Made by a program: the position numbers and the translations under genes. The notes below the pieces were generated by a model. It made no database searches. It was not told where the DNA came from and was given only the letters and a program-made list of their open reading frames with translations. DNA of 62,827 bases, the filler included, from Kipferlia bialata (lineage: Eukaryota), in the NCBI GenBank assembly GCA_003568945.1. It is 4 parts of 4 records of this genome, joined end to end, with 100 filler letters (N's around TTAATTAATTAA, not from the genome) between each part and the next. Parts side by side here need not be neighbours in the genome. Positions count along the whole stretch, not along the records: positions 22,841 to 45,507 come from BDIP01000284.1; positions 45,608 to 59,853 come from BDIP01000344.1; 2 more parts are not named here. One strand, given 5' to 3'. This document shows, piece by piece, positions 39,101 through 52,100 of the stretch; within the stretch, counting starts at the first letter, position 1, and each line of letters starts with the position of its first letter.

Positions 39101-42100
39101 TAGGTACATAACTATTCATTCATGTGCATCTTGGCTGTTCTAAATACTGTTCCCACAGGGACAAGACCCCAACATATGTGTATATAGAGTAGAAATTCCA
39201 TATTCTTACAATGATAATTGGTATAATATGATTCACCAACATATCTAATCGCTGTTCACACCTCTCAGGGACAAGACCCCCCAGCATATTGTATTGCTAG
39301 TACCTCTGTGTTTTCTAATCTTTCAGGGACAAGACCCCCCAGCGCCCCTCTCACAACCGCAGCAAGAGACTGTCCATCCCATCCACCGAGAGACTGAACC
39401 CTTTATCGTTGTTGGAGGCATCAGGTATATATATATNNCACCGAGAGACTGAACCCTTTATCGTTGTTGGAGGCATCAGGTATATATATATATTAATAAT
39501 GTAGATATTCCACCGAGAGATGGAACCCTTTGTCACTGTTGGAGGCATCAGGTGTGATTATGTATACATCATAAATGATTGATATAGGATAAATGCAGAG
39601 ATATATACTAATACATAGTGTCTACAGAGACACTGAACCCTTTGTCGTTGCTCGCAGCATCAGGCATATTGTATATACATATAGTTAAGACAGGGTATAT
39701 TGGTACCCTCTTTTGAGATGTCTCTCAAGTAGGTGTCTCTTGTGTTTTCTCTCTATACATGTATCGATATATATAGCTATAGTTCTGTATAGTAGTTATC
39801 TTTGTGTATGTATATATAGCTAATCCCCAGGAAAGGGCAACCAGAGAATCTAATATACGTGTATATGTACATATATACATATATATATCTCATAGTATAT
39901 GTGTTAGTCTAATCAGTAGTTTAGTAGTATATACATATAGTATATATATGTGTTAGTCTTATCAGTAGGTAAGGGCAACCAGCTCAGAGAGAGTACATAT
40001 ATGTAAAGTATATACGTATACGTATCAATGTACATATATTCAGTTTCATTAGTAGTTTACATATCGATAGATATGTTAGTCTTATCAGTAGGTAAGGGCA
40101 ACCAGCTCAGAGAGGCCATTGAGAGAGAGCTTGAGAGAGAGAGACTGGGAGAGAGCCAGAGAGAGAGCAGCGCAGTGTGGCTGAGCGAGCCAAGGTAACG
40201 CTTCTCTCTCTCTCTCTGTAAAAAAGAAAAAATTAATTCTTATCTTCTCCTCGTCTATCCCCTCTATCCTCTCCGCCTAGCCCCTTTTATACCAGTTATA
40301 GTGGTACCCAGGGCCAAGAGGACTCCAAGTCGTCCAAGCCTGACCTTCCATTTCCACCCACAGATGCAAGGTATCAACAAGCTCTCTATAGTAGTTCATA
40401 TTCACCTGTTTGATACATAAATATTCCCAAATCTTATATATATACTCAATCTTGGATATGAACCCTCACCCTTCGAAATACTTCATATATATAATTCCCC
40501 AACCCTTAGAGTCCTTTGGAAGAGGGAAGGTATCAAGGTCCTATTAATTGCAGCATCCAGTTTATTGTGTTATATTCCCCTCACCCTCAGGGTGCTCAAG
40601 AAGACCCTGTCTGAGTATGAAGGCACCACAGACCCATATGAACGGTGCTTCACAGACGACTTCCTCAATAGGTGGGGATATCTCTCTCTCTCCCTCTCCC
40701 ACTCTGCGTGTGTGCGTCACTTTAGGCAACCCAAGTTTGAGGTGTCTCTCTAATTCCCTATATCTACCTCACCCTAGGCTACAGGCCACGCACCTCCCCA
40801 TGTATGAGAACATCTCTCTCTCTCTCTGTCTCTCTATCTCTCTCTCTCCCTCTCTCATTTTAGGCTCCAAGCGACGCACCTCCCCATGTATGAGAACATT
40901 GTACACACTGGCACTGGTGTTGTCAGTGTCAAGAAGGGAACGGTGACTGGGAAGAAGTATTACAGGTATATATATGTGTGTGTGTGTGTTTAAGTCTTTT
41001 AGGAGAGTATAATAGGTAAGAATATTTCTGTATGTGGTAAGGATATATGGTAAAATAACATATCTGAACAGACCTAACCCCAGCGCTGCCCTTGTCATCA
41101 CCAACCGCCGTCTCCTTCTGCTGGACCCCTATTGTCTGCCTGAGCCTGAGGACCAGTCCCCCAGTCCATCGCCACAGAGTGCATCCAGAAGTCACAGCAG
41201 GTATATAGTGTGTATACGATATACCTATATATAGATACTCTATTATATGATGTATTATATGTTTGTTTGTTCTCGTCCCCACAGAGTGCATAGCAGGTGA
41301 GTACTGTGTATATATACTATGTATAATATACAGTGTATAATATATCACCCGAGACTGCATCCAGGAGTCACAACATGTATATAGTGTGGATCTATCACTC
41401 TATGTGTCTTTAGTATAATTCTCACAGTCACGAGGAGCAGTCTAGCTGAGACTGTTTGTCATCACATGTATTGTATCCATAAATATCTCACACTAGGCGT
41501 GGTTCTCTAGCTGAGACTGTGGGTCACCACCGTAAGGGCAGGGGCATATATATATATGAATGTCTATATAGTCTGACAAGCAGGAGAGGTTCCCTNNNNN
41601 NNNNNNNNNNNNNNNNNNNNNNNNNNNNNNNNNNNNNNNNNNNNNNNNNNNNNNNNNNNNNNNNNNNNNNNNNNNNNNNNNNNNNNNNNNNNNNNNNNNN
41701 NNNNNNNNNNNNNNNNNNNNNNNNNNNNNNNNNNNNNNNNNNNNNNNNNNNNNNNNNNNNNNNNNNNNNNNNNNNNNNNNNNNNNNNNNNNNNNNNNNNN
41801 NNNNNNNNNNNNNNNNNNNNNNNNNNNNNNNNNNNNNNNNNNNNNNNNNNNNNNNNNNNNNNNNNNNNNNNNNNNNNNNNNNNNNNNNNNNNNNNNNNNN
41901 NNNNNNNNNNNNNNNNNNNNNNNNNNNNNNNNNNNNNNNNNNNNNNNNNNNNNNNNNNNNNNNNNNNNNNNNNNNNNNNNNNNNNNNNNNNNNNNNNNNN
42001 NNNNNNNNNNNNNNNNNNNNNNNNNNNNNNNNNNNNNNNNNNNNNNNNNNNNNNNNNNNNNNNNNNNNNNNNNNNNNNNNNNNNNNNNNNNNNNNNNNNN

Positions 42101-44841
42101 NNNNNNNNNNNNNNNNNNNNNNNNNNNNNNNNNNNNNNNNNNNNNNNNNNNNNNNNNNNNNNNNNNNNNNNNNNNNNNNNNNNNNNNNNNNNNNNNNNNN
42201 NNNNNNNNNNNNNNNNNNNNNNNNNNNNNNNNNNNNNNNNNNNNNNNNNNNNNNNNNNNNNNNNNNNNNNNNNNNNNNNNNNNNNNNNNNNNNNNNNNNN
42301 NNNNNNNNNNNNNNNNNNNNNNNNNNNNNNNNNNNNNNNNNNNNNNNNNNNNNNNNNNNNNNNNNNNNNNNNNNNNNNNNNNNNNNNNNNNNNNNNNNNN
42401 NNNNNNNNNNNNNNNNNNNNNNNNNNNNNNNNNNNNNNNNNNNNNNNNNNNNNNNNNNNNNNNNNNNNNNNNNNNNNNNNNNNNNNNNNNNNNNNGTGTA
42501 TGGGCCTGGGGGCCAGTCCGGCACTGACAAGGAGTAAGCACAGAAAGGTACTCTATGTATTTTCCATATGCTTACATATATTTGTAATTTCGTATAAAAT
42601 CAAACATATGAAAATTCAATACAGTCCTCTGTAGTTTTAGTGGGAGTACCCTTTCAGCATCTCCCCTTACTCTCTATCTCTCCCTTTAGCTACATATACA
42701 TACTCATACCAGTCCTCTGGCAGTAACAGTGGGAGTGCCAGTGCTCTTGCTGCGTCTGAGCCACTGCCAGACAACTGCCTCAATGGTATGAGTATACTAT
42801 TATATATACTATTATACTATTATATATATATATATATATAACTGAGCCACTACCAGACAACTGCCTCAATGGTATGATGCAACGATTACTCTATACTATA
42901 TGTTTATGTATATATCTCCAATTCCCAGGTGTCATTGACCTATCCACTGTAGTCACTGTATACTGTAGTTTCCTACATATATACATATTTGTGTATGTAG
43001 CTATTATACTTATCATATCTGACAATAGGTGTCATTGACCTATCCACTGTAGTCACTGTCTCCTCCAAGGAGAAGGGACCCGGTCTCACGTGTATAGTGC
43101 TTACACTGAGGGTATGACGTGTTTTCCTCTTCCCATAGCCTGGTACTCATGAGTCCATTGTTCTAAGCTGTTACCCCCCCCCCCCATCTCCCCCTCAATC
43201 TATATTTGTATACATATGTGTGGGTATTCATACAAGTTTTTCTAACCCCAGGATACTCCCACCCGGCATGGCATCCACCCCCCATCCAGACTGGTCACCT
43301 CCTGTGCATCGGACCACTCCACACACACACTCAAGATACTTGTATCCAGGAGGGTGGCTCAGGTGTATACAGATGTAGAAGACAAATATTATATTTATAT
43401 ATGAATATATATATATAATTATTTAGTTAGTGGTAAAATAGATACATCACACTCAAGAGGTATCTATACATATATATATGTATATATAGATGTACTTAAC
43501 CCCAGGACATCAAGCTCCTCCTCCTGGCCACATTCAATGAGAGGGCAGCGGAGAGACAGCAGTACATATCTCAGGTATGCACAGTATTCATATATATTGA
43601 TATATACATTTTCTCTCTCTACATTTCATATTGTTCTCTCACTCCCTAGGCGACTAGCCGGTCAGAGTCTGGTCTAGTCTTCGACTTTGTATGCCGGCTG
43701 GCCCACTCAGCCGTACGCTGTACGTCCACCGTTCGTAGAACGTCAAAGGAGCCGACCTCCTTTATGGTTGTGCCTGGTGACCCCCTCTCTCTCTCCCCCT
43801 CCCCCCTCTCCACATTGTGTGACATGCATAGTGTGAGGAGTCCAGGTGACGTGTCAACACTATTCGGTGATGATCAGACAGAGGAAGAGACAGGGAGAGA
43901 GAGGGGTAGCAAGGATAAGAAGAAGAAGGTGGTTGCAACCAGCAAGACTGGAGAGAGAGAGGGTGATGTGGTGATTGAGGGTATCAGTCACGGTGTCAAG
44001 GCCGTGACGTTCATAGTACGCCAGGGGGGCAAGGTCTACTCTGCCTCTCTGGATCTTAGCGCCATATCCCACCCTGGTACGGTTCTGTCTTCAGATGTAT
44101 GAATACATGTAGATTGTCTCTCTCTATATATATAGACTTCACATTGTTTTCAGGATTTGGCCTAACTTGGCTACATATGTATTGTGTGTGTGTATACCTG
44201 AGGTATGTATACAATATTCGTACATTTACTAACTGTAGGTCTCAACAGTGGCAGTGGTGTGTTTGACTCTGGCACCGCTGTGACAGATGACAGGGTGGGG
44301 TACAAGGGGACGGCATTCGTGCTATCAGCCGAAATGACAGGTATATATATACTCTATACTAGTCTAATTATTTGTCACAGTGTATATTTGTATATATGTA
44401 TGAAGAGAGAGAGAGGGGGTGGGGTACAAGGGCACAGCATTTGTCAGCGAGATGACAGGTATATACTGATACAGTTCTCTTCATCAGTATATATTTATGT
44501 AAATAGATGGATGGGGTGCGAGGGAACAGTCTTGTCCACTGAAATAGGTAGGTTCCCAATATTTTTTTGTATCATACCGATGTCCCTTACCCCCAGGCTG
44601 GCTAGTTCTTGAGAATATAGTATTGATATATTGTTATTAAGAATAATATAATACATTATTATCTGTTTGTATCATACCGATGTCCCTTACCCTCAGGCTG
44701 GCTAGTTCTTGAGGAGTTCCCCTCCACCCCCTCCCCCTCCACCATCGATGTGCACAGAGAGAAGGAGAGAGAGAGTACGGAGAAGAAGCCACTCAACCAC
44801 AGCCCCTCTGCGCCTAAATCCCCACCATCCAGGTACTGCAA

Positions 44842-44880
<39 letters not shown>

Positions 44881-45450
44881 CACCCCTAATATCAGAGCGT
44901 GGCTGACGAGTGACTCCCCCGGTGTATACTCTAGGAGCACTGAGTCTCTGCTGTCTCTCTCATACTCATCCCCCGGACCAACGCCAATGCACAGCAGAAT
45001 AGGTATATTATGTGTATAGTATACACAAATTTGTGCAATATCATACATCTGCCTGACCCCCCCCGGGCCGGTCTGACTTATTGAAATATAGTATTACTCA
45101 ATGTATGTAAATATTTCTCCTATCTGACGAATAATATTGGTGTCCTCTCTCTATATATACATTGTATTGTTAGATACATATATGTACATCTGACCCCAGG
45201 CCGGTCTGACCGGGACAGGCGGCATCGGATGCCGAGGACACCCCAGGTGAATATTGTGGTGCAAATATTTCTGGATATATACTATATATATTGTACTATA
45301 TATACTATATATATTGTATATAGATACCTATGATGCCAATGACACTCCAGGTGATTATTTATATACATACATGTATATGTGTATAAATATATGTATGCGT
45401 ATGTATTCATATACACTAGGTTTTCATTTCTGATCCCAGGAGGTTCTCCG

Positions 45451-45451
<1 letters not shown>
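36166..45451 (+). CDS. Large multi-exon hypothetical protein with a possible PH/GRAM-like segment; 3' end beyond the scaffold
   Basis: More than 20 phase-compatible exons (MRDVLNDIL|TGIHSHARS...|HILTCFVLDGHQ...|LMSGNPLPPLVSDAFNGCVQLLKQ|...). PH-like strands AALVITNRRLLLLD and GVIDLSTVVTVSSKEKG. Confidence 0.65.
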
Positions 45452-45497
<46 letters not shown>

Positions 45498-45507
45498 ACC
45501 TCCATCT

Positions 45508-45607
45508 NNNNNNNNNNNNNNNNNNNNNNNNNNNNNNNNNNNNNNNNNNNNTTAATTAATTAANNNNNNNNNNNNNNNNNNNNNNNNNNNNNNNNNNNNN
45601 NNNNNNN
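45508..45607. other. Artificial scaffold-concatenation linker
   Basis: N44-TTAATTAATTAA-N44. Confidence 0.97.
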
Positions 45608-45924
45608 GGTGCGGCAACTACACCTTCGACCTCCCCGCTGCCCAGGACGCCGACCAGCAGCTATACGTCGTGCCCCACAACGCCACTCCAGTACGTAGTC
45701 TAGTTGTGTATAAGCACTCCATCTACCTAAGACCTACTTAGCTCAACGGCCCCTTCTCACCCTAGTGCGTCGGACACGTGTCCCCCTACCACATTGTGTC
45801 TCCCACATTCAAGATCACCACCGACGGTCCCGTTGGAGCAGCCTTCACCAGCAAGTACCTGTCCGGCCTCCTGATTGTGGTGGCCGTCAACGTGGTGGCC
45901 TCTCTGGTACTGGCAATCCTGTAG
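45608..45924 (+). CDS. 3' end of a probable surface/membrane-anchored protein (2 exons)
   Basis: CGNYTFDLPAAQDADQQLYVVPHNATP|CVGHVSPYHIVSPTFKITTDGPVGAAFTSKYLSGLLIVVAVNVVASLVLAIL*: a terminal hydrophobic tail (GPI-signal- or TM-like) and an NYT sequon. Confidence 0.65.
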
Positions 45925-46118
45925 AGGACAAGAGAGTGAGGAAGAGAGGAAGAGAGAGAGTGAGAGCGAGAACGAGATAGATGAATGAGTTTGGGTCACT
46001 TTGGGCATGGTAGAATATGATGATCTATTCTGTACACCACCACTGAAACACATTGCACAATAACAACACAAAACTAATAGGAATGGTTCTTCTGAATATG
46101 TGAATGACTGGATACATC

Positions 46119-49100
46119 TCAGTCTTCGCTGATGGGAACGGATGAGGATATGTCACTGAGGACACCTGACGAGAGAGAAGCGTCCCTGGCAATTGGGGTG
46201 GACCTCTCCACTCTCTCTCTAGGGGGTGGTGTGTGGAAGTGACCCCTGTCGTCCGCTTCCTCCTCCACAGGGCTATGTCTGACGCGACTCGACACATCGT
46301 CCCTCATCTCAACACTAACAGCGCTCTCTCTCTCCCTCTCTCTCTGCTGCTGTTGACTGGCTGCTGTCTCCTTCTCTTGCTGTCTCTGCAGGTGCAGTCT
46401 CTCTACTCTATCGGCAAGGGTACGAGTCAACGCTGCGGTGGGGCTGCCTGATGGTAAGAAATACAAAACCAGGAATCAACCACACCAGAGCAAGAAGCTA
46501 GGCACAGTGTACTCACCCTGGACGTTGGTGCTTCCGATGAAGGTGCGGACCCCCCTCAGGATACCCCTCCACTCGCTGTCGGAGTCCTCTTCGTCATCTG
46601 CCCTACCATCACCCCTAGCCTCACTACCACCCACTGACTGAGAGGGGGCGGGGGAAGGAGAGAGCACCAGGGACATGGATACGTTGGGAGACGTTGACAC
46701 CACAGGCAAGGGTCCTAGGTCTGTCCAGTCTGCTATGTGTGCACCTGGCCCAAACCTGAGGGGTAAGGGACACACTACGTATTCACATATATATGTATAT
46801 ACTATAACGGTAGCAACGTACTTCTCCTGTATCTGTGCTGCAATGGCGTCTGCATCTCTCATCAGAGATGACTCTGAGTGCTTGAGCTCCAGGGTCAGGG
46901 GTACTATGCCCTTGAGGCCAGTAGGTGTGTCCATACCCCTACCCATGCCATGGCTAGTGCCCATGGGTATATAGGTGGACTGGACAGAGAGGGCACTGAT
47001 AGAGTTGAGCTCTGAGGGTGCAGTCTCCCCATAGTTTACAGTGTCTGCCTCTGGGTACTGGTCCTCGGCCTTGCCCTCCTCCTCCATCTGTTCAGTCAGG
47101 GCCTGGATCTTGGCACTGAGGGTAAGACGTAGACGAAGGTATACTGTATATAGTATATATCATAAAATTGTTGATATGATAGTGTCCCACTTACCGTATG
47201 TCAGCTATGCCCTCTGCCCTGGAGGCCAGGTCATGCATCCTATCCTGGATAGAGGACTTGGTATCCTTGGGAGCAGTACCAGCGTCAGCACCACCCTCTG
47301 TACCATCTGCTCCAGTACCCTTCCTGTCTGCACCCTTAGAGGGTAGCCCCAGTCCCTTGGATCGTGTAGCCGTCATGTAGGTAGGCTGCCTCAGGACAGC
47401 GAGCTGCCTTTGGAGGAATGTGTTGGGGGACAGGGGCAGGTACGCAGAGGATGTCTGCATATCCTGGGTGGTCTCCACGTCCACCACCCTAACCCCACTC
47501 CTAAGGGGAGATACAGGTGGCTTGGGAGGAGACTCAGTCGCACTGGCCTCACTAGCAGGTTCAGCCTTGATCTGAGGGGGTCTCCGTCTGATTGCAAACT
47601 CAGACCTCAGCTTAGATAGCTTGTCCTCGGCCGCAGTCATGTTAAGCCTCCGCTTAGCAGGTTGGGGCTCCTCGACAACCTCCTCCTCCTCCTCCTCAAT
47701 GCGCAACTTGCTAGGGGGTGTCTCCTCTCTCCTCTGGGGAGGTGTGACGGACACGGCAGGGGTCAGGTCTAGAGGGGCCATGGTGATGGGGGAGGGAGAC
47801 ACAGACTCGTCAATCACACTCGTGAACCCTACGTGTCTACCCATCATGTGTAGACCTCCTTGACCCTCCTCAACATCAATCTCTCTGGCCCGCATCACAA
47901 CATCGTCCCTGCCCCTCTCAGATCTCCTAGAGGAACGTACCCTCTCCCTTGAGGCCGGGGGTATCCGGGTCTCTCTCCTCTCAGTCTCCCTATACACAGG
48001 CCGGGGCTCACGATACAGCATCTCACCCTCGTACCGGGGGACTTCGGCATCTCTCTGCATCCGAGCTGCCCTCTCTCTCTCTCCCTCTCTCTGCAGCCGC
48101 CTCTGCCTGTCTCTCTCCCTAGACCTGTCTAAGGTGGGTGGGGGTGCATGGTGCCTGGCGAACAGAGACACACGGGGGAGGGGGTACTGCATGTCTCTCT
48201 CTCTCTGCATGTCCATCCCTCTATGTGAGGACTGGAAGGTGGGCACAGAGCTGCTTGGGGCCATTCCCCTCGTACCTCCAGCCATCGCAGGACCCCTCCG
48301 GCCTCTCATAAATACATGGGGCCGCCCACTCTGGCTACGCACAGGTGCAGCACCTGGTACTGAGCGAGTCAAGGGGTTGGCCATCCCCACCGAGCGGGGG
48401 AGGGCAGTGGTTGCCGGCTGGGTCGGGGCTAGGGTACGAGAGCGTGGTGGTGCCGACTGGACGGGGGGACGCCTAGTGCCACTAGTGCCCCCACCTATCC
48501 TGAAGACATGGGGTCTCCCAGTATGGGTGTATGGCTGAGAGGTGCCCGTAGAGGGTGCCTGACGTACGGCTCTAGAGGTGGACTGTGGTGGGGTGTACAC
48601 AGGCATTGGGGCTAGGGGTGCGGTGCTCACTGGAGGCACGATGCTTGGCTCTGGATATGTCGGGTAGGTAGTGGCCTCAGAGGTAGGGGCCGGTGCAAGA
48701 GGGGAGGGAATCTCAACTGGACCCATCTCGACACTGGGCTCATCTGCCATATCCATACCCAGCACACGGGATGGAGACACCGTCTCTTCCCGTCTCCTCT
48801 CCCTAGCAGACACCTCTCTCTGTCTCTCATCAACCTGCACAGGAGACAGAGGGGGGGACTCCGCCAGGGGCCTAGGGAGAGATGTGGCTTGAACCACCGG
48901 AGAGATACTCTCTCTCTTGGGTGGGACCACAGTGTGCACTGCAGACGAAGCTGGATAGGCAAGGGTAGGGGAGGGTAGAAGAGGTCCAACCGTGACCTCG
49001 GCCTGAGCCTTGTATGCTGCCACGCTGTCCTTCTTCCTGTCTGTCTCTCTCTGTCTCTCCATCTCCCTCTGCCACTCCAGCTCTCTCTCCCTCTCTCTCT

Positions 49101-52100
49101 CCCTTGCATCCAATGAAGTCGTGGTCGATAGAGAGGTGACTGAAGACGACACCGTGGGGGAGGTCTGGGGGGGAAGGGCTCCCCTGTCCTTGCTCAGCAC
49201 CTCCAGCTGCCCCCCTCCCTCCCTGTATGCGTTGATGGGGATGGATAGGGCAGGCATAGTACTATCAAGGGCAGGGAGGGTCACGACCAAGGGGTCGGCT
49301 GCATCTCTGTCCCATGAGGCCCTCTCTCTCTCCCTCTCCTGCTCTAGGGCACTCTGGATACCATTCAGGTTGAAGGTCTGAGTACCAGCGGCACCCAGGT
49401 CCCCTGTCTCAGTCTGTACAGGGGGTGGGGCATCAAGCCTAGCGACAGAGGCCACTCTCTCCAGATCAGTCTTCATCTCTGTGCCTCCCTCCATGGGAAC
49501 CCCTCCCTTGTTGACAGAGGGGGAGACATCGGCACGGGCCCTGTGGATATGGTCCTCCCCTAGACCCAAGGCCCCATCTAGCTCGGCCTCTCTCTCTCTC
49601 AGTCTGTCACTCAGGGTGTCCCACCGACTGTACACAGCAGCACAGGCCTCTGACTCTGATGCACCAGTGGAAATCTCACTCCTCACTAGTACGGATACCA
49701 GAGTGGGGCGGCCTCCCTCCTCCCTCCCAGTGGTCGATGGGTACACAAACTCATGGGCTAGGGAGTGGGCGAGGGAGAGAGCAGCATGGACACGCTGTGA
49801 GGATAGCAGCAGCCTGACAGCCAGGGTCGGCATGCCACTCCAGGCCATAAGGAGAGCAGCACCTGACATGAGAAGGGAATACAGCAACTGCATGATAGGT
49901 TACACTCACTAACAAGTACCTTCTGGGCTGTAGAGTCCTCTCATCGCCTCGGGTATGTTGTTGAGACTCTCCTGCAGCTGAGTTGGCTCCACAACAGGAT
50001 GGGCCCCATCCTTGGGCACAGATGCTACCCCTCCCTTAGAGGACAGCTGTAGAGGCAGAAGGGCCACTGGCTTCTCTGCACACATGCTAAACACGGCACC
50101 ACAGAACCACTGAAGTGCGGGGATGAGTGAGGGGTTGCGTGGTACCAGGGCGAGTGATCTGACAGGCGATGTCCCAGATGGTAGGTCTGTGTCCATCTCA
50201 GGATGGACAGACTGACCAGGCAGGGGTGGTATGTCATGGGACATGCCGTGCCTGTGGACCTGGAGGTACTCAGCAGCAGCAGACACTCTGTTCAACACAG
50301 TGTCCAGTACCCTGGTGGAAGGGACAGAGGCTGCACCAGTGGTGGCTAGGAGAGACTGAGGGTGAGACCATCAAGAATATGATTGGTGTATATATATATC
50401 ATCACCTTGTCGTTGTCTGTCACCAGAGGCAGAGCCCCTATGTCTGAGGCCAAGTACCTGCAGCACAGAGTGGTGGCGGCATCCCTAAGGGTGAGACATA
50501 CTAACAATGTATGGAATACTACAATACATGGTATATATATACCATACCTCAGTCTGCCCTGCTGCACCAGGTGCTGCAGTATCATTCTGGCACAGTCCGG
50601 GTCACCCTCTGACTTGACAGCACCCTCCCTCACACCCTCAGTGTCACTCACCTCCCGGGGGGCAGCAGAGGACCCAGCTAGCATGGAAGCCAGACCAGTG
50701 TCCAACTCACCCTGGGTATTAGTCGGTGTCCAACGGCTGCATAATGGTATATAGTATACTACTCACCTTACTGAGGAGTCTGAATGCATCCACGGCAGGG
50801 TTCCTCTCCCCTGCGTCTGCTATACTGGCACACACCCTGTGTCCTATGGATACAGCAGGGGGGGCATCGGGGACAGGGATAGAGACATCACTAAGGGACT
50901 GACGCAACCTAGCATCCACGGCCTCAATCTCACTGAATGCATCCTCTAGAGCGGTCGAGAGAGACTTGACACCCAGCCTAGGGTAAGAAGTTATGACATA
51001 ATGAGATAGTACCCACTGCTAGTATTCAAATATATAGCTACCTGCTGGCGACGAATGCACACACGTAGTACCGCTGCAGCATCACCCTGTATGCCTCTCT
51101 CTCCTCCTTCTCTCTCTCCTTGACTCCAGAAGACATCACTAGACTGCGTCCCAGACCCCTCCTGACCAGAAGAGACGTGCTAACACGTCTCCTGAGGAAG
51201 GCGTTGGCAGCTCCCTCCAGTGAGGGCAGTCCTGTGCTACGTAGGAAGGCCCAGAGAGGTAGAGCCAGGACAGGCCTAGCGGGAGGTCTGCGGAAGTGGT
51301 TGAGGAGCTCAGCAGTGGTGGATGTAGCAGAGGCAGGCTTGGCCCTAGTGGTTGTTGGCAGGGTAGGCACAGCGAAGAGAGAGAGGGTGTGCAGCTGCTT
51401 GGAGGAGACGTAGGTGATGGACTCCAGGGTGCGAACGGCAGAGACGATGGCGTGCACCTCCGCGCTATCCCTACCCCCCTCGGACTCAGTACCCGTCATG
51501 GCGAGGAGAAGAGAGAGCACCAGCCTACCCACGACAGGCAGGGCAAGTGACACCACTCTGTCCCTGACTGTGTCTCCTCCGGTGTGGGCATCAGTGATGA
51601 CCTTAAGCAGAGACAGAGCGAGAGCAGGGGTACGTGACTGGTCGCCCCTCAGCGTAGGAGGTAGGGACGGGTCCACGTCATTGGAATAGAGCAGGGCCAT
51701 GGCTATCTGCCGAGAGACACAGAGGATGAGCCTCTCCAGCTCAGCTGCCACTACACTCTTGGAGAGGGTGCCAGTAGTTCCCCTATCACTCTCCCCTATG
51801 AGGGAGAGGGCGTCATGGAGAGAGAGGGAGGGGACGAGAGAGTCGACGGAGAGAGGGTTGATCCTGGCACCCGAGGAGGAGAGAGAGAGCCACGACGCCA
51901 GCACGGCACAGAAGGGAAGGGTCTCACTCTCACCTGTACCAACAGCAGCTGCCACTAGGTAGGGCACGGCAGAGAGTGCATGGGGGAGGGAGACACAACG
52001 CAGGGTGGGCAGGTAGGAGTTGAGGCTCGCCCTCAGCATCCTAATCTCCAACAACTCCCTAGGGGTGTTGGCAGCGTTCCCACCCTCCCCTTGCAGAGGG

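Larger units (their letters stand above)
22841..39436. repeat. Perfect inverted repeat: two 8298-bp arms with no spacer (axis 31138/31139)
   Basis: Mirrored ORF pairs (e.g. 26850..27245+ and 35032..35427-; coordinates sum to 62277); centre ttgtatacatata|tatatgtatacaa. Confidence 0.97.

Noticed and set aside
22841..39436. Palindrome arms as terminal inverted repeats of a transposon or virus
   Set aside because: No spacer and no transposase, integrase or capsid; the arms contain ordinary host genes
39439..39490. Perfect repeat of 39384-39436 as an echo
   Set aside because: It directly follows a 2-N gap, so it is most simply an unmerged contig overlap. It is excluded from the echo evidence
40509..40528. 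20-nt micro-exon candidate with AG/GT borders
   Set aside because: Inclusion breaks the downstream frame. It is better read as a decayed echo of the acceptor at 40590
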